From assembly GCA_002633005.1 (NCBI GenBank), contig NMRA01000401.1, forward strand, positions 207,827-271,826: a DNA stretch of 64,000 nt, read 5' to 3'. A model generated the notes under the pieces. It was not told the origin of the DNA. It saw only the letters and a list, made by a program, of their open reading frames with translations, and ran no database searches. Below are positions 37,289 through 49,600 of the stretch, one piece after another. The position numbers were made by a program, and so were the translations under genes. The stretch's first letter is position 1, and every line of letters starts with the position of its first letter. This DNA is from Phoronis australis (Eukaryota > Animalia > Phoronida).

Positions 37289-38519
37289 TCAGTGCAACAA
37301 TGAGCGACGAATTTCTAAACACACAATGTGTTGTCTGCAATTTAAGAATTGTGTTTTTTAACATTGTCACGGAATCGCGTTGAATTCATGTTATGAATTT
37401 AGTGGTTAGTTTTTATAATATCGTGTACCCATTACCTCGTCATTGCGTTATTTGTCTGTCACCTTGTCCTTCGATAATACTCACTTACTGCTGTGCAGCA
37501 TTTTCTCTTCTGAATAACGGACATCCAACTGCTTCTCAAAATCCAGTTCCCTGGAAGTGATTGTAGTCTTTCCTTCACTCTCAGTTACATGCTCATTGAC
37601 ATGAGTCAGCGACAACTTGTCTAAGTGAAGACTCTTCACTTAGATATGTTGTCGCTTTTATCACAGTGCTGAAGGCGACAAGTTAAGTTAGGTATAGTAA
37701 GTCATAACATTTGTTATTGCTATAGCTGCAAGCAATGCTATCTGTTAAAGACATTATTAAGGCTCAGGCTATGGGGTTATATTCTTTGTTTTGGTTCTTC
37801 AGTAATGTGACTTTTTAAAAAGGTTGTGTAGGAGCTTATCGACAAGTCTGTGTGTTTAGTCAACTATCAAGAAAACTACAGATTGTAACTAATAAATGTA
37901 TGTGGGTTCTGAAAGTAGTAAGTCTTTGGCATTAATCTGTTATTAGTTTCGTCACACGACCATGTGTTTTCAGCAACATATCACGAAAACGAAAAGTACA
38001 ATCATAACGGTAGCTATAGCATAACCAGCGGTGGAGAATATTGCTTATAGCATCAGCATCTCAAAGTTTCATAGGACTTTGATAAGCCATATCTGAGATT
38101 AGTTCTGCATGTTTTTAAATTTGGAAATTTTTTGAGGGTCCTTCATGACCATAAGGGATCCTAATTGTTTGTGGTAATGGTATAGGTGGAACGCAGTTTG
38201 TTTATTTCTTCTGCGGGAAGGTTCACAGCTAGTTCGGTTTGAAGTTTGCAACTTTGGTTTACCGCTGTCTGGGACTGAGAATGTACATTATCATTTCAAC
38301 TATCTATGCAATATGGTCAGCCGCTGATACTTTTTGTGCAAAATGGTGGAAGAATTTATTTTTATAAATTTGTTACTAACAACTTTTGTTACTGGAGGTA
38401 AGTGTAATTTTTGTTGTTTTGAAATCTCAGTGTTAACTTTTGAAATTTAGCAGTTTATTGTATGTTAAGCTTGTACGATTATGTTAATCTTAAACTGATA
38501 TGGATTTATAGATTACGAA

Positions 38520-38885
38520 CATTTTCCAGTCTGGTCTGCGCGCAACCTGTTGGCCACTTCATGTGACCCAATAAATATCTGTCTACAAATTTCTACCCCG
38601 ACTGATAATGGAACCAGGACATTCTGCGAAGTCCGATTGAATTTCTCAGTGAGTTCGACTGGTGGCTCCCGATGGCTCAGTGGACTAGATTGTCTGCACT
38701 GTTAGCAGAATTGAATTTCTGTGTTTGACCAGTGGTTCCTGATGGCTTGATAGACTAGAGTGTCTGCATGGTTAGCAGAAGGTCCTGTATTCGAGTCCCA
38801 GTTGAAGCAGAAATGATTTCAAGGTTATATTTATTAGGTCACGTGATGTGGCCAACAGGTGGCGTGCAGACGAGACTTAAAATTT
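38520..38885. mobile_element. Palindromic element with ~100-bp inverted arms enclosing tandem tRNA-derived units
   Basis: 38528-38578 is the reverse complement of 38827-38877; A-box TGGCTCAGTGG at ~38673; B-box-like ATTCGAGTCCC at ~38789. Confidence 0.7.
38735..38808 (+). pseudogene. tRNA-derived (SINE-like) unit, not a functional tRNA
   Basis: Cloverleaf remnants: anticodon stem TCTGC/GCAGA with a non-canonical loop, and a degenerate T-arm. Confidence 0.55.
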
Positions 38886-41178
38886 TGCAATTTAACTGTA
38901 AAAGCTGGCTAATAAAACTCTCAGTGAATATATTATTGTAATTCTTTGTCAAGTTATTTGGCTTTAAAAATATTTCACAGGTCAGATACTCTTACCCAAG
39001 TGAAATATGCAAATAATTTTTCAAAGTCAGCGAAACAACAGTAAACCCTGAAATTTTCCAAATTTGCCTATGACTGATAAAAATCCACTTGTGTAGCTAA
39101 TAGAAAATTCCGAATTAAAATCCATGTTTCTGGAAAATATGGCAATCTATGAAAAATCTTGATTTTTGAAAAAAGCAACCATGTCATTACGTACGTCTGG
39201 GCTTGTGTGCACATCATAAAACTCTGTGAACATCAAGGATTTTTAAAGTTTTATGGGTATACTATTAATGCATAAAATTACTTGAGCAACTCGATCCTTG
39301 GTAATGACAGAAGACTATTTACTTCATAACTCAGATGAGAAGTGGGTTTTACACTTGGAATGAACTGGGAGTTTGTTATAAGGCCCCTAGAGGGTGTGAC
39401 ACAGCTGGTCATTCAATTTAATTGTCGAGCAATAAGGGAATCTCAGTTTCAAGTCTAGAAATCGTAGAAATCATCTCTATTTTGAGCAAGGGGCAATTGG
39501 AGACAAAGTCGTAGGTGTAAGTGATCTATATCAACCTATTTTTGATGGACAAGCGGGTTTGTCCAGGGCTTGAAATGTATGTTAGCACGGTGGACCCAGG
39601 CGTGACACAAAAAGATTCATTAAGTAATTGCTAGATGCAGGAAGTCAACGACTGCTATGTGTAATCTCGTTATTACCTTTAAACTAGACAACAGATACTA
39701 AGCATACTATCTAGAAATAACATGTCTCGGAGAAAAACAATTAATTTACCAGGGTGTTCCCAGCACTGAATGGCTTTCAATGAGACTCGGACATGACTGA
39801 ACGTTTCAGTGTCGTGTAATTCTGTCTTTGTCTGTGACACATGAACCTGAAGTCTGATGGAATCCCATCAGGAGAAAACACACAGAGATCTTGTGCCATC
39901 TAAGTATGAAAGACATGCACTAAATTTTAAAAAACAAAGAGATATGATTGCATTCAACCTTGACAAGCTGGTTTGCTTTTGATTTTATTTTCAAAATATT
40001 CAAACCTACAAAAGCATGTGCGTAAAGCTTTTTAACACAGCATATTGATAACTGCAACATCAAGCTTGACAAAGAAAAGGTTCACAAACCTTCAAAAAGC
40101 AGTCACATACCAAAAGAACAGGTTCTAAAACGGGCTTCACTGACCAAAAAAGCGAGTCACTGACCCCAACCTAGCTACCCTATAAGGATATTCCATTGAA
40201 GAGGAAACTTATTTGATTCAGAAGTGAGCTAACCGAAATCTTATGGATGCTATTCAAAAGTTGTTTTAACTCAAGTTAAGACTTTGCTGATTTTTAAAAA
40301 TCGATGGCTCAACTGTGTTACTTTTCCATGATGAAAAACAACGCAAAGGTTGAATAATTTAAAGTTAGCTTTCAAAATCATGAAGTTTACTGAAATCAGT
40401 AGGTTTCGGTCTCATGTTGAGACCTTTGTCGGGTAGAATGGCTGGTAACAGGAGCCTCGTCGGTGTCTATTATGTCATCCTTGTCATGTGATGTGACTTC
40501 TGTCCAATTGTTGCAAAAAAGGTTCTGGTAGATGGCACCATTCCAACCAACGAAGGTCTCAAGATGAGACCAAAACCCTACTGGTTTCAATAAACTTCAC
40601 GACTCCGCAAGGTAAGTTTACATTATACATTTTCTGACGGAGACAGTTACATGAACATCCCTTCTACTATCGCAAAGGTTACTTTCTCAAGACTCTAGGA
40701 TTAAAGTTGTTGTAAATTAGGTCAGAGTTGTTTACCACCGTTCACAATCTGAAAAGATCATGCACAATCAAGCCTCTCCAACTGTAGCAATAGCTCAGCC
40801 CGGCACATACAAGAGGGACTTAAGCATGGGACTTCATGTTGTGACAGACCCTTCTCCTGTTGCTCTGACGTTAAGCGCGTGATTTCTGTAGGGATGTGTG
40901 TAAAAGGTGCAACTGAAGAATTTTAAAAATATCACAGTAAGTCTGGAGGTCCTACCAATAATCAAACGAAAGCACTCCATGCTCAACCTCCTGACTCCTA
41001 CGAACAACCTCATAACCACTGTTTCTCATAAACAACTCATTTTTGGTTTAGCGACACTAGTTTCAGGTCAGCAACTCTCTTGCCACTCACACTTTCAGGC
41101 GAGAATTCCAGTCCAAGATACGAGACTCCCTTTTCTCCTTCCAGCCCAACCCCAGTAAATGCTGTTTTCCAACAATTG

Positions 41179-41797
41179 TCAAGGCCAAGATATTGCAGTC
41201 TTTTTAAACTTTTTCCTCACCACCTCCTCTGGACTTGCATCCTCAATCTCAGTATTGCATGCTGCATTTAAACTTTTCTTGTCCTTTGACAAACTCTGCT
41301 CTGTCACAAGCTTATTGTGGACAGAACAACTCTCACTGTTGCCTTGTAAACTACTACCATCCGTTCCTTGTGTTAATGAATGATCAAGCTTTTTGTCCCT
41401 CTTCAGTTTAATTGTGGTTCTGGTAACTGAATTGTTAACTATGTTATGGTTACTGTTCAGGTCTATTGGAGATTTAAGTCTCGGATTCACAACTGTGAGA
41501 GTTTTTTCTCCAATTTTCGTATCTGTTTTAGCAGTTTTATTTCGCACTAACGATATCCGCTGCATTTCTTTGTCTATATGGTCGGTATTGACTGCGGGAG
41601 ACTTGGAAGCCATTTTCTTGCTGTCCGTCGCTTTTGTTAAGCTTGGTGGTGGTTTCAGTCTATCTGCTGCATCTGTCGATTTTTTCCCACTTAGGCTAAT
41701 AGTTTTTCGTTCAAAGTTTATAGCAGATGGCGGTGGTTTAAGACGTTCGCCAAGATTAAACGAAGTCAATAAACGTGTCCCAGCATGTTCCATTTTC
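41179..41797 (-). CDS. C2orf49: ashwin exon 3 (terminal)
   Basis: 204-aa ORF ending KKFKKTAISWP; TTTCAG acceptor. Confidence 0.9.
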
Positions 41798-44700
41798 CTG
41801 AAATGAAAAAAATGCGGACAATCATTAAGAAACTACGAAGAAAAAGAAGAAATTGGGTAATGGTCTGATATAACATGTCCGAATTTTGAGAACCAGTTTT
41901 CTCCGCTGAATAACGGGCATCAAACTGGTTCTCAAAATCAGGGCACGTTATATCAGACTATTGCCGAAATTGTATAATGAGTACATGTGTATTATAATCT
42001 CGCTAAATGAGGGATTTTGGAACCAAAACAGAAACAAAATCTTAACTACGAGATTGACCAATCAGTGGTGAGAATAAAATGTCATTACAATTACTTGCTT
42101 ACGGTTTGTTTCTTGCCTGAAATCACATCAATCACTCAAGCTGTACATAAGCTCCGAGAGCTGAACACCACAATGCAAAAAAGTTATTTGAGAAACTCAA
42201 TCCTTGGCAATGGAGGTAGACTATTCGCCTAACTCAGTTGAGAAGCGGATTCTGACGTGGAAAGTCGAACATTATAAAGACAATCCCAAACAGTGTTAGA
42301 GAACACGGCAGAAAGCATAGAACGTCAAGTTTCATATGAATCCGTCCATCCATTTCTGAGACATGGCGTTCTAAAGTTATCCTAATTTGGACACTTCTGC
42401 ATCGTTTTTATAGATGCTTTAAAACCACATTGCTCTCGCTCGGTTCATGCAACCAGAACCCGTTTTCTAATCTTTGTACTCGAAACGAACTCGAAATTAT
42501 TTCTGGAAATTTCTCTGCTCCTCTTGTGCGAACTCATTATAAGTGGTTATCTGACTGCTCAAATTTATGCCTATGAGTTTCTAGTCTACGTTTGCACTTG
42601 AAGAACCAGATATTCGTGCTACAAACTCTGACAAGTAAAAACTCAAAATTTCTAGTTCAAACTCGAACTTTTAGACGTAACGTTGAGTTTATCTACACCA
42701 AATTAGGACTAATAAATTATCCACAGAAGTCATTATTTACTCAAGCATAGAATAATATACACTTTTTTGAGTTCCTACAAAAGTAAAGTAGAAAATGTCA
42801 AACATAATTTTGAGTTCCATTTCGAGTAAAAAAATTAGAGACAACAGACCGGGCCCTGATATCACCCTCGTGGACGGTCCACATTTGAGCAATATTCATT
42901 TGACTTTATAAGTGTTTGAGACTTAATACAACGGCCATCTTGGAGTCCAATTTTCCTACTGCACCTCTTTTTTCCAGTGGCAGTGTCTGTTACACTACTC
43001 GGCCTTTTTCTTTTCAGATCAACAATCCTTTGTTTTTCAACCATCTTCTTTCCTCGGCGGTTCTTCTTGTACTGGCGCTGGGGCAGGGGTAGGACATGTT
43101 TATAAAACAACTCCACGAGTTCGTGCTTCTCCAGGACTCCGACTTCTTTACTGTTGGCAGTTATATTTCTCTACAGAAAAACAAAAAGTTAACAATGACT
43201 CCATAACAAAAATCTTAACTAAAGCCAAGAAAAAATTGAAAACCCATTTTAAACCTAATTGATCAGATAGTGATACTACACCCCAGTGCAAGCCACAGTT
43301 TGCATTTTGAGAACCAGTTTAATCCATTGAATAACGGTGTCAAACTGGTTCACCGTAAGTGATTGGTGCTTTAAAAGTGTTTACGTAGATTTTCAAATGG
43401 ACTTTAGGGATTAATTTGTCTACTAAGCAATTAAATGTATATTCGGCACTGTTTTCAATAATGAGTGTCAATGTGTTGATTCAATTTCGTGGCTATCAAA
43501 AACAATGAAATCGTGAAGTAAGGCCAATTAGACACAAGCTTTTTGTTTCTTTTGATTACATAGTACAGTGTGGTCGCACAAGAGCTCAAAGATGTTATTT
43601 GGCCTCATAAGCCATCCCATTCTCATTTCATTATACTTTGAAGGTGGAAATTTTTGACAAGCTGAAGCAGAGTTCAATAGAACTCATCAATGATCAAGAA
43701 ACCCTTATGACTGTGTAATTTTGAATGTAGGTAACCTCTGTAGGCCATAAATGGCTTCAAAAGCTTCTCAGAAAGACTTTATTCTATCGCGTAAATCTTC
43801 GTCAAACACGACCAAGTCACTAAGGAAAGAAGAAGCTACTGAAAGAAATTGCACCTGTCAGAATATTTGTTAGAGTTGGAAGACCTTAAAGACATCAATG
43901 GCCTCCTAATGTGTCTTCCTATGCTTAAGGGGTTCTTAGACATCTATTTAGTCAGAGCAAGGCGCAATTTGTTGAAAGGATTCTATAGTTAAGTGTACCC
44001 AGTCGCAAACCAGTGCTACTGACGTGTGCTGGCTCTTCTTGCAGTTTTTGCAAACACCGGTTTTCAAAGAAATTTCAAATGTGATACTTCACAGTTGTTT
44101 CAAAATATACCTGGCTCGCTCATAACGTTGTTATCTTTGTTCTGTTCACATTTCCTAAACAAGAATTTGCAATTCCAAATTAATGAAATCTGTCATTAAA
44201 AAAGACCACTTCCAAAAAAATAACTCCTTCGTCTGTTTCAGCTTCCGACAGAGTAAGATCTTGAGGGTTGCTCTCATTTCTAAATCAATCATTGACATTC
44301 AAGTAAAAGGTCATTAGGTTAACTTAATTTTTACACAAATCACGGCATCAACTTATGGCAGTGTTACGCAGCGATAAAATGGCATCGAGAACGAGACATC
44401 TGAGAACAAAATGTTGACATTTCTGCATATACATTATACTGCCCACTTCTTTCATTATATAATTTTTTTCTGTTTTGGTTAGGTGGTACTCTATTTTGCT
44501 TTATTTAGGCCAAGTTCAACTACCACAGGTATAATCTTAATTTGCAACATTTGGATAAAATTGGCTTCTACGGTTCAAAAATTTTGAGCACGTCTGTGAA
44601 TACAAGTTGTTTAGAGGCGGATTACCTGTCTAAGTGTTGACCACTGACACTGTCTGTACCAGTCAGTGACAGTGCCACTGTGACAGGCAGTTCAAGCTGA

Positions 44701-45079
44701 TTCGTCTAGCTATTTAATTTTTTAAGCCATCGGTGTCCAAACCTTCAACATGCGAGGTAATTTACTGGTATTTCCCAGAGCCCTACGGCTGCAGACAGTA
44801 CAGCGCGCAGAACACCAGTGTCAGTGCACATGCCAAATACACACTCACTGCCACTGCACTGCCACTGGCACTGGTAACACAGCCGGACTCGGGAGTCAGG
44901 ACTGGGGGTCACCAAGATAGGACTGGTAGGCCAACTACCACTACATACGACCCGTTCCCAGGCTACTTCTACGGAAATACGATAATACCAACCGATTTGA
45001 GTAGGTTACATAGCTCTGTTTTTGAAAGGATTTCAGGCTGCAGCAGATCGACCTGGATGGCTTCGACGTCCGCAGCCAT
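41179..45079 (-). CDS. C2orf49: Ashwin (C2orf49; tRNA-ligase complex subunit), 3 exons, 303 aa
   Basis: join 44993-45079,42965-43170,41179-41797. Motifs MAADV..DLLQPEILSK, ELFYKHVLPLPQRQYKKNRRGKKM, DRLKPPP, TIKLKR and C-terminal ISWP are ashwin hallmarks; phases 0 and 2 are consistent. Confidence 0.92.
41859..41962. mobile_element. ~104-bp hairpin MITE; partial copies at ~3739-3818 and ~43305-43331
   Basis: AATGGTCTGATATAAC..TTTTGAGAACCAGTTT / AAACTGGTTCTCAAAA..GTTATATCAGACTATT. Confidence 0.75.
42454..42858. mobile_element. ~400-bp TIR element in ashwin intron 2
   Basis: Imperfect ~50-bp inverted ends containing TACTCGAAA..AACTC.AAATTAT. Confidence 0.55.
42965..43170 (-). CDS. C2orf49: ashwin exon 2
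   Basis: RNITANSKEVGVLEKHELVELFYKHVLPLPQRQYKKNRRGKKM. Confidence 0.9.
44993..45079 (-). CDS. C2orf49: ashwin exon 1
   Basis: AAAATGGCTGCG start context, MAADVEAIQVDLLQPEILSKTELCNLLKS. Confidence 0.88.
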
Positions 45080-45171
45080 TTTAGAAAACGCGACATCTGG
45101 TGTTGAAGTCGAACTGGGTGCAGTTGCATCACAGATACTCGTTAAATATAATCTATGGTTGCATAAAAGTT

Positions 45172-45382
45172 CGTGCGCGCACCCAGCCTAAAATATAGGG
45201 GGTTCGGATTTTTCGGTATGCGTACCTTTTACTGGAAAAAAACAAAGAGGATCGAGAAAAAAAAACGGGGGCCACCAAGTTCAGGCCTACGAAATGTGTA
45301 ACCTGTGCATCCGCGCCGACTTCCTGAAGGCTTTGTGGACTTCTGTCTCGGTGTTACTCGAACTTTTTGTTTCACTGAGGCG
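45172..45382. mobile_element. MITE of the same family as 10843-11089, cut by an assembly gap
   Basis: CGTGCGCGCACCCAGCCTAAAATATAG... collinear with 10843-11060. Confidence 0.75.
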
Positions 45383-46352
45383 NNNNNNNNNNNNNNNNNN
45401 NNNNNNNNNCCCCCCTTGGCTGCCGCAAAAAAATAATACAGTAAGAGCGTAGAGAAATGGTGAGTTAATTAATTAACCCTGGTAATTGAAATTATACGGA
45501 TGAAAAAAGATTTAAATGTGTACAATTTCAAGTGTCAAATTCGGAACACGGCGCATTCGTAACGGAATTATGGCTAAGTATAGGCTCTCCCGCGATATCC
45601 CAGGCGACCGGCAGTCGCGCTGCGCACTACGACTCCATTTTCGTCGTCTGCTCCACTGTGCAACGAAGAATTTATCTAAACATCATTCAACAAAGAATGG
45701 ACTCACCGGAGACAGCCCAAGAGTTGTTATCTCTGCGGCGAAGGATGTTAAAGTTGAGTCCCGATGAGTTGCCAGCAGTCACTGGTACGGTGCGCGGCTT
45801 TAGACGCTCTGCGGCTGGGTTAAAGATCTTTTATAGGCCTAACTATCCCCAATTCCCGTACCAGGATGAATTTCAAAAAATAACTTGACNGCACATCTAC
45901 AATCGTGGTTCAGTTTGCGCAAATGCTTACAGCCGGACAAAATGTTGCCCCCCCTTGTGATATCCTAGATCCGCCACTGCGGATAACTTTGAAGTTTTAT
46001 GCAATCGGCCAGCCCTGATGTTCATTCAGTGTTCAGTAGTAATCAGTCTGTACTGAAATTTGAAATAAATTTAGGCCTACGCTTTACACACACACGCTGC
46101 GACTAGTAGAAACATAATTTGTCCTGAATTATGTTTGTCCGTGCACGATATCTCGCGAAGACTTGCATGACACTTGCGTTTTCGCGTGTTTCTATCAACC
46201 GGGTGTTTAACCAATATCCTAAATCTATTCGTTTCTGGAAATATTTTTTGTTGAAACCACGCTATCTTGAGATAGAAACTTTCTAGTCACGTGAGAGAAT
46301 AATTGTATTTTATTTTGCTTGAAAGCAATGGATAACTTAAACACCAGAGAAG

Positions 46353-46600
46353 GGGCCCGTTCCAACAAAACTGTCTTAGCTAAGACAAATCTTACATTTC
46401 AGTAAACTTTAAAATATAGGTTAAAGTTGTCTGAAAACCAATTCAAGAAACAGATTTTAAGTTTGATTTAAGTGTTTGACATAAGTTTTGTCTTAATTTT
46501 GACAAACTTACCAAATGTGGAAGTTTCAAAGTTTGGAATTTAAGAAAAATCTTAAACTTAAGTCAAAAATGAACTTAAGTCAGTTTCTTGGAACAAGCCC
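46353..46600. mobile_element. ~250-bp MITE (Harbinger-like ends)
   Basis: GGGCCCGTTCCAACAAAACTGTCTTA / TAAGTCAGTTTCTTGGAACAAGCCC. Confidence 0.6.
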
Positions 46601-49600
46601 AAGGGCACTAAGCCGAAAATGGTCGCTCTGACGTGATTGCGTTTACTTTCAAATTCGATCGAGGATGGGCGCTAAGCTGCATACAAACGTACGACATAAC
46701 ATGTAGGTTTTGTCAGTAAAATTTATTCCCGTAGATCAGTAGACTAATCAGTCGTATTTCATGGTAACAGGTGGCACTTAAACTCTTTGGCTATAGTTTA
46801 GTCAACAATCAGCGCTGGTTAACTGCATGGTAACTGTCCAAGTTGAAATTGATTCCTCTGGTTGTTTGCTCCGTGTGTTTTCCTTTACATTATCTCATAT
46901 AACAACACGCCCATATCGTAAAGAACTAGTTAGACATGCCTAACGCTTCCGATAATATTGACCATGGTTTGTAATTGATGGTAAGTTTGCAATAAACAGT
47001 CGCGAAGGAATAACTAAAGTGACTTTTGACAGTTACACAATGTGATGAAACACGTTTGAAGTAGAGACGTGATTTCTTGATTGATGTATATTACGGCAAC
47101 TGACGCCGTTCGTATAGCGTTTAGCACCCATTGTGTGTGTTGTAGTTTTCCCGAATAACCGGCTTTTGGCGTCACTGATTAAAGTTTGTATAATCCCTGA
47201 AGTAAAAGAAAGGGCAGCGGATAACGATATTTGAACTGCAAATTGCCTTTTCCCCGGGGTATTGAAAGGAACTTACGTCGCGTGGCTATACACGGGAGCC
47301 GTCTACTTAGGCCAAGCGGTTATAACTACAATCTGGAACTTAAAGTTCAAACTTCTGTTCAAAAATGCAGTGGCGATTCAGGATTTTGAGTTCGGGGGAG
47401 GGGTGCGCAGGGCAGAATATTAGCCAGGATTTTGCCCGCCAGACATTCGCACCCCGTACCGCCGAATGGAATCTGGGAGATTTTAGGGGGGTAAGGCCTC
47501 CTTGGCTCCCCTTAAATCCGTAAAAGGGGGGTACTAAAAACAATTCAACGACCAAAATGTGGCAAAACTTGGCTTAACTCCCGAAAATCCAAAAGAGGCA
47601 GTCAATCTTTATCGTTAAAATATATGTGACAACTTTTTTGCTTTCAACACGTGGTCTACATTGACAATTTTTGTTTACAAACTCGACCAAACTGTAGTTT
47701 GCCTGTGGGGACCTCGCTTAGTTATTCGAATGTCGAAAATTGCCGCTGGGCAAAGCCAAATTACACTTCACATTGACTATACAACATGACACTCCTAAAC
47801 TGACATAATACCAAAGTTGAAACATTTCCACCATGACCGTCAATGTTACAATACGCATTTGATCGAGACTGACCAATTAACCTGAAGCAAGTTGCAGTGA
47901 AACTTTAAATTGGATATCCTCACATTATCACAGCAAAATATTGTGCAAATTAAACTTCGTTCAAAATTTGACGCCAGTCATTGAACTAACAGTAGGCACT
48001 TTTCCAAAAACATTTACGTTAGTCTCCATGATCGAACCATTGTTGAACTGTAGCCAGTATCAGGAAGATCTCGTGGAGAAACGTGCGATGAACACATTTA
48101 ATGTTTTGTCAACGTTAAAGGAAAACAATCATTGTAAACTAATATATAAAGTTCTGGTCGATAAGTCAAGAATCTTTTCTTGTGCAACCACAATCAATTC
48201 ACAATGTAGTTCCAGGACTGTTCAAATTTGTTTTCTTAATTTCTTAACAAGGCATTGAGGTGCTCATTGGTGGGCTGTGGAGACAAGGTAAATTTACAAA
48301 GATTGTTATTTCTGCGTCTGTATAAATGTAGCCAAGTGTAATTACATCAACACAGGATAGCGACGTTTACCGGGAGAAAATAAAGAAACAACTGGTATTT
48401 GATGAACTATCGAAGCCAGACTTATATGCAAATATAATTTTACGCCGAGTGCAAAAAATACGAACAACAGTCCATTGTCCATACCGACTCGCGCAACACT
48501 AATGATATATGATTCTCCATGTGCGAAGACTGGTAAGAAGCAGGATTATCCACAGAAAACAGAGGAAGTTACAGTCTCCACAATCAGTTTACACGAAAGA
48601 AATGACATGGCAGGGAACCCAACGCTGGGCCCGCATTGCTTAACATGGCTTGGTCGACTCACCGAACTCAAATAGTCTTCCAAAACAAGGCTGCGCCTAT
48701 TTATAATCATTTTAAATAACTTAGTGTCATCTTTTACAATTTCTTATCTTTAGGAAATCAAAGACGTGCCGCATTGAATGAGTGCTAGCTGTTAACGTTT
48801 CGATACAGAAACCAATTCCTACTTCTAGCAAAGACGTTGCAGTTAATGGGTCAGGTTATTGCCTTGAATTGATAAAAGTGATGCTGCAAACAAGTTTTAG
48901 GAACCAAATTTACACGAGTTACCGTTCAAGACAAGCTTGATGAGGAACCCTAGAAAAATGTCCAAATTTAGGTGTTTTGGGGCATGTTTTAATCTCACAG
49001 AAATGCCCAATTGTATTCAATTGAAAATTTCAGTTACTATGTTTTTTACAACGTTCTCTATACGATATCAGGAATTGTTTACAAAAAGAGCCACTTTTGT
49101 AAGGGGTCTTCAAAAATAGAACTTTTAGGATTTTTATGACGAACAAATCAATAGTTGCATAATGAAAACGAAATGATAAAATTGAAAACTGTGGCAGCAT
49201 GTTTAGATTTCATCTTGAACCTTTACATCAAAAGAATTCGATCGTGTTATGGGTCCCGTTGTTTTGCTGTGAATTTTTTTTCTTTTAGCGTAATTTTACC
49301 AAAAAGACATGGTCACGTGACTCAATGGTCAAGAATGAAATTTTATAGCCTTTCTACTTTCAGAAAATATAAACTTTTATGGGATATTTTTTGAAGTTTA
49401 TAACTATTGGCACAGACTTGTCGATAAGGTCCTACTTCATTAACAAACTATGTCTACAACAATTGTTACGTCTGACAGATCTAGGACCAATATCATGTAT
49501 ATTACTCCCAGTGACAGATATACCGAACACAAGGGCACACTAGGCACTCTTTCAAATAGCCGTAATTAATATGTACTGATTATTGGTTTTGCTTGTTGCG

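Noticed and set aside
38660-38808. Functional tRNA gene
   Set aside because: Unit 1 lacks a T-arm; unit 2 has a degenerate A/B box, a non-canonical anticodon loop and a poor acceptor stem
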